A model generated the notes under the pieces. That model made no database searches, was not told the DNA's origin, and was given only the letters and a program-made list of their open reading frames with translations. Positions 39,712 to 49,240 of a DNA stretch of 64,000 bases are shown piece by piece. Numbering within the stretch: position 1 is the stretch's first letter; every line of letters begins with the position of its first letter. The position numbers were made by a program, and so were the translations under genes. This stretch comes from an uncultured Gammaproteobacteria bacterium (GTDB lineage: Bacteria; Patescibacteriota; Microgenomatia; Daviesbacterales; UBA10151): the NCBI GenBank assembly GCA_964422835.1, contig CAYRCR010000001.1:212517-276516 (forward strand), given 5' to 3'.

Positions 39712-41057
39712 TCTGCGCTAAATTTCAAAAGAGAGGCTTCCAGATCTATACTGTCGGAGGGTCTGTCCGCGATCTTTTAATGGGGAGGGGGGTTCATGAT
39801 TGGGACTTTACTACTGATGCTACGCCGGAGGAAATACTCAAGCTTTTCCCGGAGGGATTTTATGATAATAAATTCGGAACGGTCGGTGTAAAGGCGGGTG
39901 ACGTGCAAATTTACGAGATCACCACCATGCGCAAAGAGGGAAAATATGAAGATTTCCGTCACCCTGAAAAAGTTTTATGGACTAATAAAATTGAAGAAGA
40001 TTTGGCCCGCAGAGATTTCACTATCAATGCGATAGCCCTTCGACTAGTTTACACTGAGTGTAATCGAAGTGCTCAGGGTGAACCTCCAAATTTTGAAATT
40101 GTTGACCCATATGATGGGCAGGAAGACATTAAAAATAAATTAATCAGGGCTGTTGGCGACCCGGACAGAAGATTTAAGGAAGATGCCTTAAGGCTTATAC
40201 GGGCTATTAGATTTGTAGCACAATTGGGGTTTGAAATTGAGGAAAAAACATATCTGGCTATCAAAAAAAATACTCATCTTATCTCTGAAGTGGCCAACGA
40301 AAGAATCCGCGATGAGCTATTTAAACTTCTGGGTTCAGACAATCCCCTTTTGGGAATTGAAAAAATGCGGGATACTGGTATCCTGCAAATAATTTTGCCG
40401 GAAGTAGAGAAAAGTTTTGGGGTATCGCAAGTTGGTCCCAAACATGCCCGGGTTTATGATATCGGCAGCCACTTATTTTTAACTTTGAAAGAAACCCCCT
40501 CCAAAGACCCCCTAGTCAGGCTAGCAGCGCTTTTACACGATATCGGTAAAGCAGATACTTTAAAAGTCGATGAAACTGGTAATGCCACCTTTTACCAGCA
40601 TGATGTGGTGGGATCAAGGCTGGCACTTCAAATTGCCAAAAGGTTTAATTTATCAAGAAAACAAACTGATAAACTTTTCAGATTAGTCCGCTGGCATTTA
40701 TTTACAGTTGACGAGAGACAAACTGATAGTGCCATCCGCCGCTTTATCAAAAATGTCGGACGGGAAAATATAGAGGATATGATGGCAATAAGGATCGGGG
40801 ATCGGATCGGGGGAGGAACCCAGCGGGCAGTTTCCTGGAGAATGGAAAGATTTGGAGGAAGAATTAAACAAGTTCTGAAAAAACCATTTTCAATATCTGA
40901 TTTAAAAATTAATGGCCAAGATGTGATGAAAATTTTAAATATCCCACCCAGTCCCAAAGTGGGTCATATTTTACAAAAACTTTTTGAGGAAGTTCTGGAA
41001 GACGCCTCTAAAAACAACAGGGAATATCTACTAAACGAAATTAAGCAATTGAACTGA
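39654..41057 (+). CDS. cca: CCA-adding tRNA nucleotidyltransferase with HD domain
   Basis: GGSVRDLLMG and DWDFTT polymerase-beta motifs. HD motif LLHDIGK. Confidence 0.8.
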   Translation: MDYKIPESVQKILNEQVRAFCAKFQKRGFQIYTVGGSVRDLLMGRGVHDWDFTTDATPEEILKLFPEGFYDNKFGTVGVKAGDVQIYEITTMRKEGKYEDFRHPEKVLWTNKIEEDLARRDFTINAIALRLVYTECNRSAQGEPPNFEIVDPYDGQEDIKNKLIRAVGDPDRRFKEDALRLIRAIRFVAQLGFEIEEKTYLAIKKNTHLISEVANERIRDELFKLLGSDNPLLGIEKMRDTGILQIILPEVEKSFGVSQVGPKHARVYDIGSHLFLTLKETPSKDPLVRLAALLHDIGKADTLKVDETGNATFYQHDVVGSRLALQIAKRFNLSRKQTDKLFRLVRWHLFTVDERQTDSAIRRFIKNVGRENIEDMMAIRIGDRIGGGTQRAVSWRMERFGGRIKQVLKKPFSISDLKINGQDVMKILNIPPSPKVGHILQKLFEEVLEDASKNNREYLLNEIKQLN

Positions 41058-41077
41058 ATTATATTCATTTTTATTCT

Positions 41078-41103
41078 TTTGTTCTATTGATTTAAATCAT
41101 TAG
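41078..41103. promoter_or_regulatory. near-perfect palindrome gttctattgatttaaatcattagaac upstream of the TrpR-like gene
   Basis: 24 of 26 positions palindromic. Shares the core TGATTTAAATCA with the palindrome at 41579-41614. Confidence 0.4.
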
Positions 41104-41121
41104 AACAAATATAGTAATTTT

Positions 41122-41574
41122 ATGGCACAGGTCTCTAAGTACCCTATCTCAAAAGATATAGCCGACCGGATATTTGATATTTTTATTAAAACTTTATTAA
41201 AAATCCATAATCCACAAGATGCCCAAAATTTAACCAACGACTTATTTTCCCCAACAGAAAAAATTATGCTGGCAAAACGTTTAGCTATTGCTTTTCTATT
41301 GATGAAAAATTATCAATACCGGGAAATCAGTAAACTTTTGAGAGTTAGCGTAGCTACAGTGGCTTCAGTTAACATATCACATAAATATGGCAGTGGTGGC
41401 TATAAAACTATACTTGAACGCATAGCCAAAGAGGAAAAACTAGAAGAATTTTTCTTGGGAATAGCAGAACAATTGCTAAAATTACCGGCCAGTGTCTCGA
41501 AAGGAGGAGGAAACTGGAGATACCTCTTAGAAGAAGTTAGAAAATCAAAAAGAAAAAAATTGAATGAACTTTGA
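41122..41574 (+). CDS. TrpR-like YerC/YecD-family DNA-binding protein
   Basis: 150 aa. PF01371-like HTH region (MLAKRLAIAFLLMKNYQYREISKLLRVSVATV). Confidence 0.55.
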   Translation: MAQVSKYPISKDIADRIFDIFIKTLLKIHNPQDAQNLTNDLFSPTEKIMLAKRLAIAFLLMKNYQYREISKLLRVSVATVASVNISHKYGSGGYKTILERIAKEEKLEEFFLGIAEQLLKLPASVSKGGGNWRYLLEEVRKSKRKKLNEL

Positions 41575-41578
41575 TGCA

Positions 41579-41614
41579 ATACCGTTTCAATGATTTAAAT
41601 CATTGAAACGGTAT
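41579..41614. terminator. perfect 36-nt palindrome (ataccgtttcaatgattt|aaatcattgaaacggtat) between convergent genes
   Basis: 18-nt perfect arms. Overlaps the last 7 codons of the minus-strand gene. Bidirectional terminator or regulatory site. Confidence 0.5.
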
Positions 41615-42078
41615 CTTATTCTTCTTAAATCTCCATCTAGTATAATAGGTCTCATTGCTAAAATTTCTGTCTTATAAAAATCTATTTCTGGAACTGGATT
41701 TAATAGAAAAATTTTTTTATCATTTACATAAGCAAAACCTATTTCCAAAAAAGAATTTCCTCCAATATAATTGGGGATACCTTTTTTATCATAATTTAGG
41801 ACTACTATTCCGTCTGACTTCATTATTTTACGGTAATGATCTTTTATCAAATCGTGCTTCCTTTTAAATTCTGCACTTTCGCGCTCTCCATTACCTTGTA
41901 GTTCTTCCCTTATCAGTGCCTCTCTGTCAAACCGTTCGATTGAATATGGTACTTCAACTTTAATTCCAGCATTTTTCAGTGCTTCTCTTGCCTGAACCAT
42001 TTGTTCAGCAAAAGACATTGATCCGCAGATAGTTATTTTAATTTCTCTATTCATTAATGTCCCAATTTTTCTTCCCAT
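41587..42078 (-). CDS. nucleoside 2-deoxyribosyltransferase-like protein
   Basis: KITICGSMSF...GGNSFLEIGFAY pattern resembles the Nuc_deoxyrib_tr-like fold. Tentative. Confidence 0.4.
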   Translation of the reverse strand: MGRKIGTLMNREIKITICGSMSFAEQMVQAREALKNAGIKVEVPYSIERFDREALIREELQGNGERESAEFKRKHDLIKDHYRKIMKSDGIVVLNYDKKGIPNYIGGNSFLEIGFAYVNDKKIFLLNPVPEIDFYKTEILAMRPIILDGDLRRIRYRFNDLNH

Positions 42079-42941
42079 AAAACAAGTAAAGCCGTGGCAT
42101 TAAAGATTGAGGAATATGTTCCGGAGACAATTCCCACAAGGAGTGCTACTACAAACCACCTGATAGTTTCACCCCCAAACAGAAGCAGTGCCAGCAGGAC
42201 AAAAACTACCGTCAGGGAAGTATTCAAAGACCTGGCTAAAGTTTGGGTAATGGAAATATTAGCAACCTCCTCAAATCTTCTTGATAAATGTTTGGGTAGA
42301 TTTTCCCTAATTCTGTCAAAAACTACAATGGTATCATGAACAGAAAATCCAATTACAGTAAGAGTGGCTGTGACAAATAAAACGTCGACTTCCACTTTCA
42401 AGAAATGCCCTAAAAGGGAGAATACCCCTACTAATACTAACACATCATGAAGCAACGCTATGACTGCCGTGATGCCAAATCTAAGAGATGAAGCAGGTTT
42501 GGGCACTTTTCTGAAAGACAGGGCAAGATAAATAATAATGGCAAAAGAGGCCACGATAACTGCCAGGAATGCATTGCGGGTAGTTTCTGCCCCGATTATG
42601 GGACCGATATTTTCTACTCTCACTTCTTCTGCTTTGCCAAAATCTTTTTCCAACTCCTTTTTCACCTCAAGTATCTTTTGGCCATCAACTGGTTTAGTTT
42701 TTATGATATAAGTATTATTTCCGGAGTCAGCAATTGAGGATACTTCTATATTTTGTTTAACAATCTTTTCGTGCAAATTATCCTTATTTATGCTTCTTTC
42801 AAATTTATATTCCAAAAGCGCCCCGCCGGTAAAATCTACCCCCAGATTTAATCCGTATAAAAACAGCGAGATTGTTCCGGGCAAAATAATAACCAGAGAC
42901 AGAACAAAAAACCACCATTTTTTACCCATTAAATTAAGCAT
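42054..42941 (-). CDS. secF: protein translocase subunit SecF
   Basis: N-terminal TM, GVDFTGG motif, six TM helices. Confidence 0.85.
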   Translation of the reverse strand: MLNLMGKKWWFFVLSLVIILPGTISLFLYGLNLGVDFTGGALLEYKFERSINKDNLHEKIVKQNIEVSSIADSGNNTYIIKTKPVDGQKILEVKKELEKDFGKAEEVRVENIGPIIGAETTRNAFLAVIVASFAIIIYLALSFRKVPKPASSLRFGITAVIALLHDVLVLVGVFSLLGHFLKVEVDVLFVTATLTVIGFSVHDTIVVFDRIRENLPKHLSRRFEEVANISITQTLARSLNTSLTVVFVLLALLLFGGETIRWFVVALLVGIVSGTYSSIFNATALLVLWEEKLGH

Positions 42942-43278
42942 GGGCTTTACCCGCCGGCTGGCGGGCCTCCCTAATATCCATATGCAGTTCTTCCTTTAGA
43001 TCTTGGACTGTGTTTTTTATTTCTTCCTCAATATTTTCAACTTTTTCTTTTACAAATTTCATCAAATCTTTATCTTCCGGATTTTCCTTCATCTTGGCAA
43101 CTAAAGTTCTTCTATCGGACTTTGAAAGTTTTGACAAAATCAAATCTAAAACAGTCTGATGAATTGTTGAGTCAACGAGATGTGCCAGGTGTTTTTTTTG
43201 ATCATTTGATAAATCTATCTCATCTAACTTAACCAGAACAGATTCAATCTCAATTATATGTGAATAGAAATATTTCAT
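42934..43278 (-). CDS. hypothetical charged coiled-coil protein inserted between secD and secF
   Basis: 114 aa, overlapping start and stop with its neighbours. Confidence 0.4.
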   Translation of the reverse strand: MKYFYSHIIEIESVLVKLDEIDLSNDQKKHLAHLVDSTIHQTVLDLILSKLSKSDRRTLVAKMKENPEDKDLMKFVKEKVENIEEEIKNTVQDLKEELHMDIREARQPAGKAHA

Positions 43279-44153
43279 ATTTTTGTGCTTCCATTCATTT
43301 GTATTGGCCCTAACGGAACCTCATTTTTTGGATCATCAACAAAAAAGTATAACACAGCTCCTTTTCTTGGACCTTTTGCCAAACCTAAATAATGCATCGC
43401 TTCCGGAGAACCCCCCAGGTGTTTACCTGTCCACTCGGCCGGCCCCGCATCCCCAACAACCGCCACGACCGCCTGCCCCGTCTTGGGATTGACAACCAAC
43501 ATTTTGCGGAACCGGAAAAAATCTCTGAATTTCCCGACGTTCTCGGCAAAACCCGGCGCTAAAAATGTCTGCACTGCCAAATAATATTTTTCCCTCATTT
43601 TATCTTCTTCGGAAAAAGAGCTTTCTGAAGGTGCAAAATAACCCCAAGCGCCAAGCCCCGGCGCAATGCCGGCCGGTCCATACATTGCCCAGTCGGCTGC
43701 ATTATCAGCATGCTTATATAAATTATCCCCCGGGAAACGGTACAAATGTTGTTCCCCTCCGATAAGCCCATAAGAGCGGTTTAGCCTAATCCCTTCAAGC
43801 TCCCCTGCTACCTTAAAACCCATTTTCCCCGATAAGACTTCTGCAATTTGAGTTTCTTCATCAGTGGTCAGTTTCCTCACCTCTTCCGGTACAATATCTT
43901 TCAGGCTTTCTGCCAAAAGCCTGTTTTTATCTTCTGCATAAGTTATGTTATTTTCCCCCGCAAGCGCATTATGATTTTCGGTAAATCCCGCTCCTGATGT
44001 TGTCATCAGCATCAGCCCCCCCAACCCGCCAAGTGTTGCCCGCCTGATTGTTTCTCCATGAGTGGCCAAAAATTTTTCCGAAACCGCCTTTTGTCTGCCG
44101 ACCCATTTTTTTCTCAAGTATTCATATTGGGGATGTTTAGTTTGGAATTTCAT
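43275..44153 (-). CDS. hypothetical exported protein inserted between secD and secF
   Basis: 292 aa. N-terminal hydrophobic segment GGLGGLMLMTTSGAG. No recognised domain. Confidence 0.4.
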   Translation of the reverse strand: MKFQTKHPQYEYLRKKWVGRQKAVSEKFLATHGETIRRATLGGLGGLMLMTTSGAGFTENHNALAGENNITYAEDKNRLLAESLKDIVPEEVRKLTTDEETQIAEVLSGKMGFKVAGELEGIRLNRSYGLIGGEQHLYRFPGDNLYKHADNAADWAMYGPAGIAPGLGAWGYFAPSESSFSEEDKMREKYYLAVQTFLAPGFAENVGKFRDFFRFRKMLVVNPKTGQAVVAVVGDAGPAEWTGKHLGGSPEAMHYLGLAKGPRKGAVLYFFVDDPKNEVPLGPIQMNGSTKI

Positions 44154-45505
44154 TTTTTAAACCTTGGCCCGCTTCGCCAAATCGAGGCGAGTAAAAGCCG
44201 TAAAAAAGTCCTGGTTACAAAAATTGCTGAAAACATTGATACCATTACCCCAATCGCCAGTGTTAAGGCAAAACCCCGGACTACACTTGTACCAAAAGCA
44301 TACAAAATTGAGGCGGTAATAAGTGATGAAACATTGGAATCACGGATTGACGTCCATGCCCGGGAAAATCCATGCTCCAAAGCTAATGTGCCGCTTTTCC
44401 CGAGGCGCGCTTCTTCTTTCATTCTTTCAAAAATTAAAATATTGGCGTCAACTGCCATACCGACAGACAAAATAAATCCGGCAATCCCTGCTAAAGTTAA
44501 AGTTACAGGAGGTAAAATAAATAGTCCGGTTCTAAAGATAGATAAAACAAAAACTGTATAAAGTATAAGCGCCATATCAGCTACCAAACCATACACTCCA
44601 TAGTAGAAAATCATAAATAACATCACCAGAAGAATGCCGATGCCGCCTGCTACTAAACTTTTTTGTACCGACTCGTGCCCTAATGTTGCGCCGATGGTGC
44701 GCTGGGATAACAGCTCAATTGGTACAGGTAGCGCCCCGGCATTAAGTTGAATTGAGAGCTCTTTTGCTTCCTCCGAAGTGAATTGTCCTGTGATCACTGC
44801 ACTCCCAATAATTTCCTGCTCTACATTTGGGGCAGAAACTAACTGGTTATCCAAAAAAATAGCCAAAGGTTTTCCAACATTCCTTTTGGTAATCTCGGCA
44901 AATTTTTTAGCTCCATCAGATGTGAATTCAATTGAAACTTGGGGACCGGATGACTTACCTGAAGAACCGAACGTAACAGCGGCCTTTTTTAAATCAGCCC
45001 CCGTCAGACCCGTACTTTGGGAAAAAATCTGCAAAGGATGCCCGGATGATGAGCTTTCAGCAGAAGAGGTAGCAGGAATCTCGCGAAATTCCAGCTGGGC
45101 AGTTTTCCCTACTAAATTTACAGCCGCGGCAGTATCTTTTATTCCCGGCAATTCCACCAATATCCGCCTCTCATTCCCTAAGCGGGAAGTTTGGACAACC
45201 GCCTCTGATACTCCATAAAGATTAACGCGCCTTTCAATTACTTCGCGGGCAGCAACCAAGGCGCTGTCCTGATCCTCCGGCGCTATTTTATCCATTTTCG
45301 CCCGCATAACAAGCTCTGTACCTCCCAAAAGATCCAAACCCAGCTTAACAGGAAACTTACCAATAAAATTGGTGAGGGGGGTAGGAATTTGCGGAATGAG
45401 CGGCAAATTGATCCAAAGTGAGAAAATCGTCACAAGTATTATCAACCATAAAGTCCAGCGTGATGTCATTTTATATAACCAAACCTTCCAATAAGTTTTC
45501 CTCAC
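44150..45505 (-). CDS. secD: protein translocase subunit SecD
   Basis: LGLDLLGG motif, periplasmic domain, C-terminal 6 TM helices. Confidence 0.85.
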   Translation of the reverse strand: MRKTYWKVWLYKMTSRWTLWLIILVTIFSLWINLPLIPQIPTPLTNFIGKFPVKLGLDLLGGTELVMRAKMDKIAPEDQDSALVAAREVIERRVNLYGVSEAVVQTSRLGNERRILVELPGIKDTAAAVNLVGKTAQLEFREIPATSSAESSSSGHPLQIFSQSTGLTGADLKKAAVTFGSSGKSSGPQVSIEFTSDGAKKFAEITKRNVGKPLAIFLDNQLVSAPNVEQEIIGSAVITGQFTSEEAKELSIQLNAGALPVPIELLSQRTIGATLGHESVQKSLVAGGIGILLVMLFMIFYYGVYGLVADMALILYTVFVLSIFRTGLFILPPVTLTLAGIAGFILSVGMAVDANILIFERMKEEARLGKSGTLALEHGFSRAWTSIRDSNVSSLITASILYAFGTSVVRGFALTLAIGVMVSMFSAIFVTRTFLRLLLASIWRSGPRFKK

Positions 45506-46055
45506 TGCCTATAAGCATAATTTTAGGCTGGACCAGAACCCGGAGTATGAATGGATCGCGCCTCCTTACCCTAAAATTAAATTCCGCTTCATCCATAAAC
45601 GAATAGTTTATTTCTATCTCCCGTTTGGCCTGTTCGTCTGCAATAATCACTTGCAGTTCCGGCAAAACAATCTGTCCCACAATTAAAAGGTCAACATCTT
45701 CAGACGTTCCTTTTTCACCCTTGAGAAATCTTAAGGCAATCATGGCATGCTTAATTCTGCCAAGCCTTGCCTTATTTTTGATAACCGCACCACCCAGTCC
45801 TTCAGTCTTTGCCACAAACCCCAACAGTTGGTCATAAAAAAGATAGTCTTTCCTAAAGTGGTAAAGCCTTTTATTGGCCCGCCATTCCGATGCAACTATG
45901 CCAAATTTTTCCATTCTGGAAAGTTCCCGCCTGACTGCATTAATTTCTTCACTGCACCTTCTGACAATTTCCCGGACATGTAAAAGCGGCTCGTGAGAGG
46001 CTAGAAAAAGCTTTAGGAGTTTTACCCGAACACGGGATACAAAAAGTTCCTCCAT
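45471..46055 (-). CDS. hypothetical protein, possible winged-helix regulator
   Basis: N-terminal wHTH-like region (LLHVREIVRRC). Weak. Confidence 0.3.
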   Translation of the reverse strand: MEELFVSRVRVKLLKLFLASHEPLLHVREIVRRCSEEINAVRRELSRMEKFGIVASEWRANKRLYHFRKDYLFYDQLLGFVAKTEGLGGAVIKNKARLGRIKHAMIALRFLKGEKGTSEDVDLLIVGQIVLPELQVIIADEQAKREIEINYSFMDEAEFNFRVRRRDPFILRVLVQPKIMLIGSEENLLEGLVI

Positions 46056-46099
46056 ATTTTCCTCCTTTCTGAGCAGGAACTTAAAATTTCAGTAGCTGA

Positions 46100-47305
46100 C
46101 TAGCTATAGCTGACCTTCGCTCCTTCCGGGACTGTTTCAATCCAGATAAGCCCCTTATTAAACTTTATTTCGGAGCCTTTATCATCTGTATATTTAGTCC
46201 TGGCAGTGCGAGAAGCCTTACTCCATTTGCCGGAAATTACTTTGCCGTCCTGGAAAATCAGGGCGCGGCCTTGACCTGTTGTACCATAAAGAAGATGGGC
46301 ATTATTTTCATATCCGTCATTGGCATTACTTTCTCTTTCGAATTGGACTACTATATTTTTAGCCGTAAGCTGCTGCTTATTGTTCAAATCAAGATGGGGC
46401 TCACCGCCATTTGACCTTTTGTAAAGGTTGGTAGCCGGATCAAAATCCCAGGTAACGGAATAGCTGGAATACCCCGACCAAAATTCAACGTTGACTTTTG
46501 CACCGCCACTTGCTGACCCTGTAACAGATGCTAAATTTGCAGCCGGGTCTTTGAATATCCACGAGACAAAGCCTGTTCCCCATTTACCGTCTTTCTCATC
46601 CACCGCCGCGAAGCCCCGTTTTGTCCCAATGTCCCAAAGTTTTTGGGTGGTAGAATACATGGTGTGTTCCGTGGCAACAGGCCGGCCAAGCCTTTGATAA
46701 TCCCTCCAAAAAGTGGGGAAACCAATGCTAAATTGGTTCAGGTCTTTAATACCATATTTAATAATCTGGCCCAATGCATTGGCGGGTCCCGGAGTATTGG
46801 CCCCCCCGACATGGGCGTAAAGGGCACCATATTCTGAAAGCCAATCCAAAAAGTAGGTCCGGGCAGAACGAACAGGACCTATCTGAATATCCCCCAAATT
46901 ACAGTAAAACAGCGCCATAAACCGGGTAATTCCGCCCTCTGCCACAACTTCATAGATAATATCAGCCGAAGAAAGGCCTGATTGCGGCCGGGATTCGGTA
47001 TGATTTTCAATCATTACCGCAAGAGGTATTCTTTTTTCCCACACCTCACGGGCTTTTTTGGTATGCAGTTGCCCATTTAAGGGACAACTTTCTGTTTTGG
47101 GTTCACTGGGATCTTCAGAGATGACAGCAGCCGGACCCGGTATGGTCATAGTTCCCGGTACCACTAAATTTCCTATTTTACCCCTCCCGAAAATAGAAAA
47201 AGATAATGTAGAAGACCCGATGAATAAAACTATGGAAAGGATAGACACAATCAAACTTTTCTGTACGGTTGTCAAATTACTAAATAAATTAAATATGTTA
47301 CTCAT
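46100..47305 (-). CDS. DUF3048-domain (YerB-like) membrane-anchored protein
   Basis: N-terminal TM. AVMIENHTESRPQSGLSSADIIYEVVAEGGITRFMALF matches the DUF3048 core. Confidence 0.55.
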   Translation of the reverse strand: MSNIFNLFSNLTTVQKSLIVSILSIVLFIGSSTLSFSIFGRGKIGNLVVPGTMTIPGPAAVISEDPSEPKTESCPLNGQLHTKKAREVWEKRIPLAVMIENHTESRPQSGLSSADIIYEVVAEGGITRFMALFYCNLGDIQIGPVRSARTYFLDWLSEYGALYAHVGGANTPGPANALGQIIKYGIKDLNQFSIGFPTFWRDYQRLGRPVATEHTMYSTTQKLWDIGTKRGFAAVDEKDGKWGTGFVSWIFKDPAANLASVTGSASGGAKVNVEFWSGYSSYSVTWDFDPATNLYKRSNGGEPHLDLNNKQQLTAKNIVVQFERESNANDGYENNAHLLYGTTGQGRALIFQDGKVISGKWSKASRTARTKYTDDKGSEIKFNKGLIWIETVPEGAKVSYS

Positions 47306-47733
47306 TGTTTGTTTTCAACTACCTCTTTTTCCTCTTCGGAAAACCTAAAACCATCTTCTTCCCCTCCCTTGACAGATTTGGCAAAGACTCTTGTACCTGA
47401 ACGGGAATGGAGACTGGTAATGACTACCCCATTCTTATTGCCATCAAGCAGGGCCAGAGAAAAACTTTGGTCGCCTCCGGTATCCCTGTAAGGATTATAC
47501 CTTTTCAAAGTTACCTTCTGCACAGATCCCAAACTATCTCTTTTAAACTCTTCCAGCCCTTCCACTTCCTTTAAAACCTCTTCCAGTTTATCTTTGAATG
47601 TCTTGCCTGACCTCGGGAAGAGAGTCTTCAGGAAAAGACGCTCCTGCCAAATAAGATAACTTAAAATAGCCAGCCATACTAAAACCAGCCCCACAAACAA
47701 CCAAAAAAAACTACCGCCGCCTGCTGGATACAT
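47302..47733 (-). CDS. DUF4446-like protein
   Basis: N-terminal TM. RYNPYRDTGGDQSFSLALLD...VVITSLHSR motif. Confidence 0.5.
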   Translation of the reverse strand: MYPAGGGSFFWLFVGLVLVWLAILSYLIWQERLFLKTLFPRSGKTFKDKLEEVLKEVEGLEEFKRDSLGSVQKVTLKRYNPYRDTGGDQSFSLALLDGNKNGVVITSLHSRSGTRVFAKSVKGGEEDGFRFSEEEKEVVENKQ

Positions 47734-47896
47734 AAGTTACTCTTTTTCAAATATACCAATGTTTTAATCCTTTTGTCAAACTCGTGCTTGATCCTTCGAC
47801 AGGCTCAGGATCAATACTGAATGTAACTGAAGTATTGACAGGCATAAATTTATCTGCTAGGCTCAAGTGAGTTCAATTTGAAGCTGATAAGATTAC

Positions 47897-48142
47897 ATGA
47901 GTTATTCTCAAAGTAAGAAAATGACCGATATTGAAAAAAGACTCATCTCCCTTAAGGCCCAACTATATGGCAAGGAACAAATTCTGCCCAAGGCTGCCGC
48001 TTTCCAAACCCACCCCGTGGCAGGCCACGAGATAGACTTTCTAAAACACGACCTTTTAAAAACCATTGCCTTTGCCGCTTTGGCAATTACTATCCAACTG
48101 CTTTTATTCGTCAGTATTAACCGTGGATTTATCAGATTTTAA
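47897..48142 (+). CDS. small hypothetical protein
   Basis: 81 aa with a C-terminal TM helix. Confidence 0.3.
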   Translation: MSYSQSKKMTDIEKRLISLKAQLYGKEQILPKAAAFQTHPVAGHEIDFLKHDLLKTIAFAALAITIQLLLFVSINRGFIRF

Positions 48143-48169
48143 GACGGTTTGAAAGGGGGTGAAAATTAA

Positions 48170-48313
48170 ATGCAAATGTATTGTGTAAAATGCCGCCAGA
48201 AAAGGGAGGCTTCCAATCCGCAAAATGTAACCATGAAAAATGGTAAACCGGCAGTCAAAGCAACTTGTTCTGTCTGCGGTACCGGAATGTACAAAATCGG
48301 TTCTCAAGTTTAA
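48170..48313 (+). CDS. unannotated 47-aa zinc-ribbon protein (MQMYCVKCRQKREASNPQNVTMKNGKPAVKATCSVCGTGMYKIGSQV)
   Basis: Strong SD aaagggggtga 8 nt upstream. Two CxxC pairs. Terminator immediately downstream. Under 60 aa, so absent from the ORF track. Confidence 0.55.
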   Translation: MQMYCVKCRQKREASNPQNVTMKNGKPAVKATCSVCGTGMYKIGSQV

Positions 48314-48330
48314 TAGCTTTTGGCTGATTT

Positions 48331-48367
48331 AAAAACCCCGCGGAGTTTCAACGAAGTGGGGTTTTTT
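48331..48367. terminator. rho-independent terminator (aaaaccccgcgg...gtggggtttttt)
   Basis: GC stem flanked by A and T tracts. Sits between convergent genes. Confidence 0.55.
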
Positions 48368-48371
48368 GTGC

Positions 48372-48659
48372 TTAAAACCGATTCGTTTCTTTTTTTAGAA
48401 GTTTAAAGTCCTCTGTAAAACTATCCGGAGCAAGTTTTTCCAATTCATTTTCCAGGTTGCTGGTTTTATCAAGAGTGATTGGAGTGGGGGTGGGTCCGGC
48501 AGTTGGCGGAGGGGTGGGGGTGGGTTGGAAGGCAGCGGAAGATCCGGGTATCTGCAAGTTTGCAGATATTAAACTCTGATTTACTTTGCGCCCAAAAATT
48601 CCAAACAATAACCCGACAATTACTATACTGCATATAATAAGTATTACTATCTTTTTCAT
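48372..48659 (-). CDS. hypothetical membrane-anchored protein with Pro/Thr-rich linker
   Basis: 95 aa. Confidence 0.35.
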   Translation of the reverse strand: MKKIVILIICSIVIVGLLFGIFGRKVNQSLISANLQIPGSSAAFQPTPTPPPTAGPTPTPITLDKTSNLENELEKLAPDSFTEDFKLLKKETNRF

Positions 48660-49177
48660 TACTTAATTACTCCTTTTAAAATTTGCCCTGAATAGATAAC
48701 TTTAGAGCGGGCAGATAAAAGTTCTCCCTCAAACAATGAAATTAAATTCAATGCATCGTTTTTAATATTTCCCTCCCCATTTAAAATAAAAATATAAATT
48801 TTGGCTGCCTGATAGGCTATGGCCTCGTGGGCATAAGTTATCTGATATCTGGCTTTTTCAATTCCCACCTTGTTATTTCCATTGGAACGAAGTTCATATT
48901 CATCCAGAATCCTAGCTTGGTTAATCATAATTTGGTCCAATTCATCGGCTCGTCTCTTATTAATTTCGGCAATTTTATCGGAAAGAATTTTTAATTTTTG
49001 TTTATGGTCAAAGGAATAATTTTTGACTGTTTTTTCATAGGCTTCCCTTTTGGAATTGACAATATCCTCCGGTGTCACCCTGGCAAAAACCTGCCCTGGC
49101 CATATCATTGCCAATAAAATTAGTAGCATCAATATCACACATCGGATGTGTGATATTGCTAATCTTTTCTTAAACAT
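48659..49177 (-). CDS. hypothetical membrane-anchored protein
   Basis: 172 aa. Its N-terminal codons contain one copy of the palindromic repeat. Confidence 0.35.
   Translation of the reverse strand: MFKKRLAISHIRCVILMLLILLAMIWPGQVFARVTPEDIVNSKREAYEKTVKNYSFDHKQKLKILSDKIAEINKRRADELDQIMINQARILDEYELRSNGNNKVGIEKARYQITYAHEAIAYQAAKIYIFILNGEGNIKNDALNLISLFEGELLSARSKVIYSGQILKGVIK
49134..49157. repeat. palindromic repeat ATCACACATCGGATGTGTGATATT (copy 1)
   Basis: Near-identical copy at 50162-50185. The two copies bracket the frameshifted gene. Confidence 0.6.
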
Positions 49178-49240
49178 GTTCTTATTCTATAATATTGCAG
49201 ATGCTGATTAAACCTCAAAGTTCCCTTTCCATTTGAAATA

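Noticed and set aside
48104-48307. 67-aa minus-strand ORF from the track
   Set aside because: It overlaps the better-supported plus-strand 47-aa zinc-ribbon gene, which has a strong SD and terminator.
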